Virus record (IMG/VR): IMGVR_UViG_3300030098_004828
Location: 124,001-188,000 of that record
Strand: one strand, 5' to 3'
DNA: 64,000 nucleotides
A program made the position numbers and the translations under genes. Positions 46,876 to 58,800 of the stretch are shown here, piece after piece. Below the pieces are notes generated by a model. That model made no database searches, was not told where the DNA came from, and worked only from the letters and a program-made list of their open reading frames with translations. The first letter of the stretch is position 1. Each line of letters begins with the position of its first letter.

Positions 46876-49800
46876 ATGGCACGAAAGAAACAACAACAGA
46901 GACCGGATGTCCCTAGACCTGAATTACAAAATACATCTAATGTAGATACAGATGTATTTGTAAAAGGTATGACTAAGGATATGGATGTTGCCTTGACCAA
47001 TAAAGAAAATTGGACTCATGCTGTTAATGCTATTAATAATTCTCATCAAGGTGATGCAGGAACTATAGGAAATGAACCTGCTAATTTAGGATGTGCAGCA
47101 ATACCCTATACCATTATAGGTATGATTCATCTATATGGTGATAAATGGGCTATATTTTCAACAGATGATGTTAATAGTCAAATAGGAATATTTGATGATA
47201 GTCATTGTAAATATGATATTGTTGTTAATGATCCTTGTTTAAATTTTAACAAACGTTATTTAATTACAGGAGCTTCTAAGGAAAGTTTTGAGTGTCAGTG
47301 GTGGGTATACTGGGATGATGGTATAAATCCTTCTAGAGCTCTTAATACAGCGGATGTACCATATATTCAAACTAGTTATACAGAAGATGATGGATGTGTT
47401 ATATATGAAGATCAAATACCTTTAAGACTTGATTGTGAAAAAATAAGATTAAATCCTATCCTTGATGTTCCATGTATTAAGTTGTCAAAAGCAAAAGATG
47501 GTGGTCAATTACAAAATGGATCTTATGAAGCTTATATTGCATATGTAGTAGATGATAATAAAGTAACGGATTATTATAAATCTAATATACAAACTCTTTG
47601 GGATCATCAAGATAATGCAGGATCACTAGATATAGATATTGAAAACTTAGATAAACAATTTGAAAGTTATCAATTAGTTATCTATACAAATGCAGGTATG
47701 AATTCATATGCTGTAGTAGTAGGAACATATAGTACAGAACAATCTCATATTAATATTGATATGATAGATATGTCTGCTTCTACACCAGGTCTTGTAGATC
47801 AATTACCATTATATACTCCTATTTTTGAAAAGTCTGAAAAGATGTATGCGGTTAATGACTATCTTCTAAGACAAGGTCCCACTACAAATTTTGATTTTAA
47901 TTATCAATGTCAAGCTAATAATATAACAGCTAAATGGGTTTCTGTAGAGTATCCGGCAGATTATTATGTAAAAGGTGGTAACAAACCAACTTTTATGAGA
48001 GATGAACAATATTCTTTCTTTATAAGATTTGTTTATAATACAGGTAATAAATCTTCTTCTTATCATATACCAGGACGTGCTGCTGTTGGTATACCTGCAA
48101 ATGATATGGGTGTTCCTCCTGATATGAATCAAACATTATCTGGTGAAGCCGGGTTTCCAAATTGGAAAATAAATAATACTGCATTTCAAACAATGTCTAT
48201 AGATGCAGGTGGTGGTGAAAATATAGGAACATATACAGATGATGGAGGATTAATTGTTGCAAAAGGATGGATGGGATATTGGGAATCAACAGAAAGATAT
48301 CCTAATGATCCAGTTAGATGGTGTGATCTATGTAACACTCCTATAAGACATCATAAATTTCCTGAAGAAGGAACAAGTATTTGGACACAAAGAAACAATC
48401 CAAATAATCAATTTATATATGTATTAGGTGTAGACTTTGATAATATAGAATGGCCAAGATATATAGATAAGGATGGTTTTGATGTACCAATACCAAATAT
48501 AGTTGGTTATGAAATACTAGTGGGATCTAGACAAGGTAATAAATCTATTATAGCAAAAGGTCTTGCTAGAAACATGAGAAGGTATGATATTCAAAATGCT
48601 CAAGGTGAACGTGGTATTGCTGATGCTGAAGGTGGTGATGATAACTTAGAAGGATTAATGCCTAACTATCCATTTAATGATTTAGATAGAGATCCATATT
48701 TATCACAACAAGAAGTTATAAGACAAAGTGATTATGTACCTTATGGTCCTAATTATACAATGCATAATATATTTACATTCCATTCTCCAGATACTTCGTT
48801 TGATAGACCTTTCTTAAGTCCATCTGAAATTAAAAGTTATGGTGTAACAGGAGGATATTCTTTAGGTAGATTTAAAAGATCAGAGGATCATCCTAAACAT
48901 AAATTAATAAGAGATATTGCAGCTATTATTGCAGCTATTATTGGTGCAGGTTATGCTATTATGGAAATGCGTGGTGAAAAGGTTCAAAAAGTAAAAGGAT
49001 CTAAAGCATTATCTATTGGTCAAGATCCAGGACCATATAATCAATCAGATGCACTTAAAGATGAATCAACTATTGATACTACTGCTGGTACAGGTACAGG
49101 TGGTGTAAGTATTGCAGGTGTTTATGCTTCAGGGGGTACAGGTACAGGTGGTACTGCTAATGTTGATATGGATGTTAGTAATGATTCAGGACTTGAAGGT
49201 ACAAACCCTGCTGCTACCGATGATGATGGAATTACTAATCAAGACCTACAAAATATAAGCCCTACTCTTCCTCCTGATCCTAGTGGTGTTGATACTGATA
49301 CAGGTATAGAAACAGTAAATGGTGGTGGTGCAGCTCCAGGTATGGCTGGTAATATAAGTATAACTGATCCAGGTCCTGTTGGTTTTATACCTCCAAGTAT
49401 TGTTACTCAAACATTAACAGCAGATGGTGCTACTGCTGATTATCAGTTAACTTATGGTCCTAGTACATCTCAAGCACAATTAAATGCATATGAAAATATG
49501 CAAGCTTTTAATACCGCACAAGAAAATGATGCACCAGGAACTCCAGCAGGTCAAGAAGGTCAACAAGGATCAGGTGGTACAAGTTCAGGTAATCTTAACA
49601 TTATATCAGGTATTAATATTAATGATATTGCTAATGGATTTCAACCAACACAAGAAAGTGAATTTTCAATGTCTACTACACCTATAGGTGATGCAACTAA
49701 TCTTATTCTTACTGGTGGTCTTCCTAATAGTGTTTCAGGTGCAGAAGAAGATTTCTTACATGATATAAAAAGTAAGGGTGATAATGCTGCAATGCAAACA

Positions 49801-52800
49801 ACTGGTTATACAGGATCTAGTAGAGATGTTGAAATGAAAGGGAGTAAGTATAAATCATTACCAGGATTTTTACAAATAATGTTTAAGACATATTCATTCT
49901 TAAACTTCATGGTTGAAGGTGGTGAAGGAATTATAGAGATGATTTATGAATTTATGAATCCTCAAGACTATGCATATAAATATAATTCTTATGGTATGTA
50001 TAGTGGTAATTTTATTCCACAAATGGGTGATAGACATAGAATAGAATGTAAAAGAGCTAGATACTTATCAAGTGCATTTCAAAATCTTGGACCAGAATAT
50101 AAAATAAATAATTTACATAGACCTAAAACAGTTGTTTTACAAGGAGTTGAAAATCTTGTATCTCCTTCTTCTCCACAATACTGGAGAGATAATTCAAAAT
50201 ATGTATTAGGAGAACTTCCTTCATGGGTATTGCAAAATCCTACACAACCTGTAACAACTAAAATATCCGCTCACTATGTAGGATTAAAATATAGAATAGA
50301 TAATCAATATGGTCAAATACAAAGTATAAGACAACTACCTGTAAAATGTGCAGGGATTTTTAGAAACGCAGCTTTTCCTAGTTCTGCTGATGTTAATAAT
50401 GCAGAACCAAATGAAACTATATGTACTACTTGTGATGAAGAGACAGGACTTATATTTGATGAAAATACTAGATTTAGATCAGAAGTCATATTTGGTGGTG
50501 ATTGTTTCATTAATAGATATAGTGAAAAAGTTATAATGCCATTCTTTTGGGATTTCTTAAAAGGAGAACCAGATGGATATACTTTTGATTATAGATTGCA
50601 TCAAAATGTTCCTTTTGTTAGATTCTGGTATAATTCACAAAAATATGAATTATCTGGATTTGTTAGACCTATTACAGATTTAAGTTTTTCTTGGTTATCT
50701 GATCCTAGTGATCCAGGATTACCTTCAGCTCTTCATAACTTAGATAGAATAGGTAGTGGTAACTATAATGCTATAGATGAAGGATGGTTATCTGGTACTC
50801 CTAATAATGAAGATGATTGGTGGATGACTGCAAACTCAGAAAGTCAATCAGGTATGTTTGGTGATGGATTTGGTGGTCTAGGTGGTGGAACAGGTTGGGG
50901 TTCAGGTACTGATGCTAATACTACTGGTACAACTTATACAGATGGTGGTCCACCTGATACATCAGGAGATAGTGTATCACAATCAACTTCTAACTGGGCA
51001 AGTTCAGGAGGACAAGCAACAAAATCTAATGGAATCTTTACATTAAAGAATGCTTATTGCTATTTACATTCTAGTGGTATAAATGAATTCTTTGTAGAGT
51101 CAGAATTAAACATGGCTCAAAGAGATTGGGATGATAAACCTGCAGGTAGACATTATGATTGGCAAGAGTTTACAGATGTTAATGCATTATTTCATGCAGA
51201 TATTATTAAAGATGGAAACTTTTATAAGTTTGATAGATCTTTAATGTGGAGAAATTTAGGAAGTCAATTATTATCATACGGTTTTGTACAACCATTAAGT
51301 TATGATCCAGTAGTTGCTGAAGAGTGTATGACACATTATCCAAAAAGAATAATGTATTCATTAAGAGCTCAGGATGAAGCTAAAAAAGATTTTTGGAGAG
51401 TTTTCCTTCCATTTAATAAAGAAGACTTTAAAGAGCCTGTAACTACTATTAAACCTATAAATAAAACAGGTGCTGTAATATTATTTCCACATAGATCTCC
51501 TCAAATATGGCAAGGTGTAGATACATTACAAACAGAAGGTAACACTAAAGTTACAATAGGAGATGGAGGTTTATTTGCTGGACCAAGACAAAATATTACA
51601 AATTCAGATCTTCCAAATGAATATGGTTCTTGTGAAAATATGCTTAGTGCAATTAATACACCAGCTGGTTTATTTTATATATCACAACAACAAGGTAAAA
51701 TATTTAACTATACGGGCGGTTTAGAAAATATTGCTGATAGAGGAATGAAACAATGGTTTAATAATTTTCTTCCTTCTAGACTATTAATGGAGTTTCCTGA
51801 AATGGAAGGTTCTATAGATGCAGACAATCCAATTATGGGTATTGGAACTCAATCAGTTTATGATGCTAAACTTGATTTAGTTTACTTTATGAAAAAAGAT
51901 TATGCATTATGTGATCATTCAGGATGTATACAATGGACAGAAGATGATGGATTTGTTTATAATAATACATTATGTAATGATGCAGATCAAATAGCTTCAT
52001 GTCCTGATGGTTATACATTGTATGAAGCTGGAGATGTGCATCCTGGAACAGGAGAAGTTTTAACAGAAGATACTTGTTGTAATATAGTTAGAGATGATTA
52101 TCAAGAGTTTGAAGAAGCTACTATGGATTGTAATACAACAGTTTATGTAGTCCCTGAAATTTTTAATTTTGAAAGACTCCCTAATGATGAAGTTTTAACT
52201 AAGCATGAAAAAAATACAGTTCTTTTTAATGTATCTGATGATGTATTTGAAAACATCAGAGAAAAGAAACCTATGAAAGTTAAACTAAATATTCCTTTCA
52301 TAGATGGTAGAAGAATAAATTTAACTTTAAAGAACTTTGAACCTCATAGAAAAAATACTAGAGTTTTAACAAAAAGTAAAGATGGAACTGTAGAAAGAAA
52401 TTATGTACCTAATATACGTGCATATAGAATAAGAAATAAAGAAATACTTAAAAATGGTAAAGAAGTAAAAGCTACTGGATCCATTATTTTCTCTAGAAAA
52501 GCATTTACAGGTTTCATAACAATAGGTAATCAACAATATGAAATTAGAAGGCGTGGTCAAAATAAATACGCATTAATACATTCTTATGATGTTAAGGAAA
52601 GTCCTTTATTTGCTTGTGATACTAACACATCACACAGCATTCCTGATTCAGTTAAATTAGAAGATTTACCAAGAACAGCAAGACAACTTGCTAAAAGTGG
52701 TAATAGTTCACCTGATCATTGTATTAATTTAGCTGTTACAGTTGATTATTATACATATGATTTTCTTGGTCAAAATTATCAAGACACAAGTGATTGGGCA

Positions 52801-55800
52801 ATGATGTTAGTTGCAGCAGTGAATGAAATATATATGAATGATCTTAATATTTCAATTACAAGTGATTTTATTTATATTTATACAGATGAAAGTGTAGATC
52901 CATTTGCAGATTGTTGTGGAAGCAACCAAAATGATATGCTTCCGGTACTTAGAGATCAATGGGATGGTGATGAACCAGATTTTGATGGTGTTATTAGAAG
53001 TATAGCTACTTTATTTACTGCTAGGGGTTGTGGTGGAGTAGCATATACAGGTGGATTATGTTATAGAAATAATTGGGGTTACAGTGTTAATGGTTTTTGT
53101 GGAAATAACATGCCTTCAGGCACACTTCCAATACAAGGACAAACTACAGAAGGTTATGATATAGAAGATGGTTTTGTGAATCTTACTAATTCATTAACTG
53201 TAAAAATAACAGCTCATGAAATAGGTCATAATGTTGGTACATTACATACACATGATTGTGTATGGGAGCCAGATCCAGTTTATGGTTTTGGTGGATTTAC
53301 AGGTGATACAGGTCAAATTGATATTGGTGGTAACCTAGTTTATTCTATGTTTATAGATAATTGTGAAGACGATTGTGATGAAACAGCAACTGCTGATTGT
53401 GGATCAGAACCTATTGATTCAAGTTGTTGGCCATCTCCTTGGCCTATGCCTTATCAAGAAAATTTAACTAATACAGCATTTGAGTATACTACTTTAATGG
53501 GTTATAATGAAAATTTAGCTTTTCAGGGTTGTATAACTTATGATCAACTTAATGGGATTTTAGGATTTCATCCAATAGTTATGGAACAAGCTATAAACCC
53601 ATGGGTAGATGATGTACAAGCTAATAGTGGTACTTCATGGAATCTTTTTGGAAATCAAGAAGGTGAAACAAATTGTTTATCTTGTGCTGATGTAAATGGT
53701 GAAAATGGTGGAGGTGATGATGATCCTATTTATGAATGTGATGACTTACAAGAATTTTTAGATGCTACAATTAATTCTGAATTAGGATGGCTTGTTGAAC
53801 AAGGTGGATCAGGAGGTTATACACCAACTCAATATTGTAATTATTGTGATAATCCAGTTGCAGATAATATTAATGCAATAGAAGGTTCATTAGATCTATG
53901 TAATTGTTGTACAGGAGGAGAACTTATAGTGGAAGGTTGTACAAATCCAAATGCAACAAACTATAATCCTAATGCTAATGTAGATGATGGATCTTGTGAA
54001 ATTGTAGGTTGTACAGATCAGTTTGCAACTAACTATAATCCAAATGCAAATATGACATGTATGGGTGAAACCGGTTTTATAGAAAATGGTTGTTGTCTTT
54101 ATGATTATAGTTGTAATAATTATTATTTATGGGTTGATGCTACAATTAATTCACAATTAGGTTATGATTGGACTCCAAGTGATTATTGTACTTTTTGCTT
54201 AAATCAAGAATTTTATGCAGATGATCCTATAATGACTCTTGAAAATGCAACAGAATTCTGTAGTTGTTGTAATGGAGAAGATGTAGAGATTTTTGGATGT
54301 ATGGATTCAGAAGCAAATAACTTTAATCCATTTGCAACTACTCCATGTAATGGAACACAAGGAGAATATGGACCTACAATTTCAATTATAAACGGTACAT
54401 TTAGTGGAGGAATTACTATACCAGAAGGAATAGAAAATGTAAATGGAGATTCTGTTCCTGCTGGATATTATTCTCCTACATTTTATTTACCACCAGATGG
54501 ATGGCATGCATGTAAAAATGCTAATTTTAATCCTATTATGGGACAATTAGGTGAAGACTGGCCTAATATTACTACATATGCAAATTCTGGAGGAGGCACT
54601 GGTGGTGGTGGTGTAAACGTTGAAACTGGAGAATGTTGGAATTTTGTTTTACCAGCTTCAGATTTCTTTGGTGATGATAGCTTACCTGATTCTGGACCAC
54701 ATGGTAATATTACACCAGATAATTATACTGATTGGTTCTTTGATAATCTAGGGGATCCTGGAATATGTGGTGGATATTCCAGTATAATAGCAAATGATAT
54801 AATTAATTCAGGTATAAGTACTCACGCATATGGAGATGGTTTTATGGGTATGGCTTGGTCTCCAAGTTTTCGGGAAGATATGCCTTATTATGTTTTTGAA
54901 ACTGGTCAGGAATATGATGCAACTTGGGCGTATGAATGGCATAGAGAAGGAGTGGGACAAGAATTAAGTAGTCCAATGATAGCAAATGTTGAATATACAA
55001 TGAGTGTTGTTGTAGCTAATTCATCTGGTGGTTATATATTAGATGGTTATGAGTGGGAAGCTGCTGGTGTAAGAATATGGGGTGGTAATTGTGCTTGTCC
55101 TAATGATGATAATGGAGGTGAATTATTATGGGAGTCAGAACCTCAATCTGGAAGTTCCGATGTACCTATGGAATGGGTTACACGTACTGGAACATTTACA
55201 CCAACTCAAAATTTTACACATATAACTATAGAACCAGGTAATGGTGGTGAAACATGGAATGGACCATCTACACCTGGTAATGAATGGAATGGACAAACAA
55301 CTAATGGAGAGTCAGGTATATATGGTGCCGGTAATGACGTTTATATATTTTTAGATTATGTTAGTGATATAACTCCAACAGCTATATTAGGTGAAGATAA
55401 TGATTGTTGTGAATATGGATCTGAGGAAGAAGAAGAAGGAGGAGGAGAAGAAACATTAAGTTGTGAACAAATTCAAGAAGATCCTCAAGGTTATATTGAT
55501 ACATTAATTAATGATCCTATAGGTTTAAATTGGCCTCCAATTGAATTTTGTATGTTCTGTAATGGAAGTATACAAAATGAAGAGGTTGCTAGTATTGGTG
55601 AAGTTTGGAGTGCATGTAGTTGTCTTTGTACTGAAGAACCTAGACCTTTACCTGATTGTGATGACATGTGGACTTTTATTAATGATAATATTAATTCACT
55701 GGGAGTTAATTATAATTGGACAGTAGATAATTATTGTACATTTTGTTTAAATCCTTCATTATTTGGAGTTGTTCAAGATGTTGAAGGTGTTTTAGATTAT

Positions 55801-58800
55801 TGTGATTGTCCACAATGTGAGAATACTCCTTATGATCCAAGTAATGAAACAATAGATTGTGAATGTTTTTGTCCTGATGGTTATGATTTAGTATTTAATG
55901 ATCCACCAACTTATACATTAGCAGATCCAGAAATAGATTGCGTTGCTGATGTTATACCTCTTCTTGAAATGCCTACAGTTGAAATATGTGATACTACATT
56001 AGCTGAAAATGCAACATTTGTAACTAACCCAGGTTTAAATGTAGACGGTGGTACATTTGGTGAGATTGGACAAAATAAAACACCATCTCCTTGGATAGTA
56101 TGTATGAGAGGAAGTAATCAAGAGGCACCAGGTTATTATCCTGATGGCTTTTGTTATGACGGAATGGTAGAAGATGGTGTACAATATGATATGACATTTA
56201 CAACCGACACATGGACAGGACAAGGTAATGCTCTATCTGTAGATAATTTGGATTATGTAATGGATCCTTTTAATCAATATGCTATAGATCCTTATGAAGG
56301 AGATGCTTATGTTGGAATGCTTCATAGTTTTAGTTGTGATGGTCTATGTAGTGAAGGTTGTGATGTTGGTCTATGGCAAGAAGGAATGGCACAAGCATTA
56401 GAAGATGCAGATGGAAATCCTACATTTTTATTTGCAAACCAACAATATGTTGGTAAATTCTATGCAACACAATTAGTAGGTTGGAATACACGTCATAGAG
56501 GATACATAGATGAGGAAGAATTTTTAGAAGACGGTATAACTCCAAATCCAACTTTTGGTAATTTTATCTTAAATAATCCTTGGACTTATCCATTAGAAGA
56601 AAATTATCAAGAGCAAGGTGATTTTGCAGGATCTGTAGGATCTGCAGCTGGTGGGGATGCTGTTGATGCAGAAGGAAACCCTGTATCACACAGGATAACT
56701 CCTCAAATAGAAATATGGGGTGGTACTGATCAATGCGGAGTTCAAGGTGAAAACGGTTTATATTTAGGTGGAGAATTTAATTATGAAGGTAATTATAATT
56801 CTGAATTATTATGGAGTTCAGGTCCTATAATGTCTGCAGATAATTGGACAGAATATAATTATGAGTTTACTCCTACAAATGATTGGGCATGGATACATAT
56901 AAGAGTTCAATTACTAATAGATGGAGTTCCAGCAAAAACAGATGAAGATACCACTAATGGAGTTCCAGCAAGAGATAAAGCTACGTATGTAGTTATAGAT
57001 GGTTTTGTAGCTCCAACAGAAGATGTTAAATGCTGCACATGTCCTGAAGGTTATCAAAGAGTATTAAATGATGGAATATATCAAACACCTATATCAGAAC
57101 AAGAGTGTATAAAAGAACATGATGCGGATGGTGCTTACTTAACTTATTCAGATGAGTTTGATGTAATATGTGTAAAGTGGGAGCCTACAATGAATGACTT
57201 AGTATGTTTACAGCAATGGTCAGATATTACAGGTGATTGTGTAGATCCTCAATATGAAGATGATGTAGATCTTATTGAATTAACAGACGAACAATACTTT
57301 AAAGATGTTTCATGGACAGTAAGCTATGATCCAAAAATAAAAGGTTGGATTTCATTCCATGATTGGCATCCGGAACTTAGCATGCCAAGTTTAAATCACT
57401 TCTTAACAACTAATACTTTTGAAGTTGATGATATTTATTGTCCTCCTGGATGGGAATTAAATGATGGAATTTGTTGTCAAAATATTGTTGGTAGTTTTGA
57501 AGGTACTGAAATTATTGAAGAAGAAGATGTTACTATAGATCAAAATCCTGATGAACCTAGAGAAGAATTTTGTCCTATAGATATATATATAGCATTAGAT
57601 TTTTCAGGTTCAAATTTTTCCGTGCCAGGATTTCAAGGTAGTGGGGGTTCTGTTTTTAATGATTACTTTATTAGGGAATTTGTAGATACATTAGATATGC
57701 AAATGGATGGTTCAATTAGTGGAAATATGACAAATGCAACTAATCAAATACAAGTTGGTGTGGGTGCATGGACATCAATGTTACCAATGAATCTAGAACC
57801 TTTGTGTCCTTGGGGTGATTCTGATAGTGCTGGTATTATAAATCAAAATGTAACAGGTTTAACTAATAATGCATTAGAAATATATAATACAGCAAATAGT
57901 ATGATAAATAGTCAGCAGGCTATGTATGGTATAGCGGCTACTACTGGACCTGGAGATACTTATCAAGCGGCTATGTCAGTAGCTTATAATGAATTTAATA
58001 ATACTGTAGGTTCTTCACCTTTAGGTGATAGATCTGGTCAAAATGGTTATCAAAAACATTTAATTATTGTTACAGATGTAACATCTATTTCTCCTTGTAA
58101 TAATAATTGTACTTGTTGTGGTACTGGTAATCCTTATCCTGATCAATCTATGGATTATTATTTACAACTAGCACAAGCTGAAGGATTTACAGTTCATGTA
58201 GTTTGGTCAGGAGCTCCAGGGGGTCAAAGTCTCCAACAAATAATAGATAGAACTGAATGTTTACTTACTTATTCAAACGGACAACTTTATCAAATTGGTG
58301 TAAATAATATAAATGATACAGATGCTGTTGCTGCTAATACACAAGCTGTTGCACAAAATATTGCACGAGATTTAGATTGCACTCTTCCTCCTGATCCTAT
58401 AGAATGCTTATGCCCTGATGATACTTGGACAATGGTTTATTCAGCTGATGGTGGTGATACTTTTACATTAGAAGAAAATCCTGATCCAACTGCAGATTGT
58501 GAACCAGGTAGAACAGCTGTATGTAGAAAAATAAATTGTTATTGTGATGATTCACAAGTAGAATCTGATTTAACTGATATAGATATTACTACAACGGGTG
58601 AATGTAGTGATATTTATGAAGTGGGAGAAGAAGACTATGTTAATCCAAATCCTCTTTTCTGTAGTTATGATTCTGAATATTGTACAACAGGAAGTAATAT
58701 TAGAGGAGGATTATGGAGACATAATTATAGATGTAATTTATTTTCTAATTATTATGATGTTCAATATGGTTGGGAAATTGAAATGGTTGAATCAGTTGGT

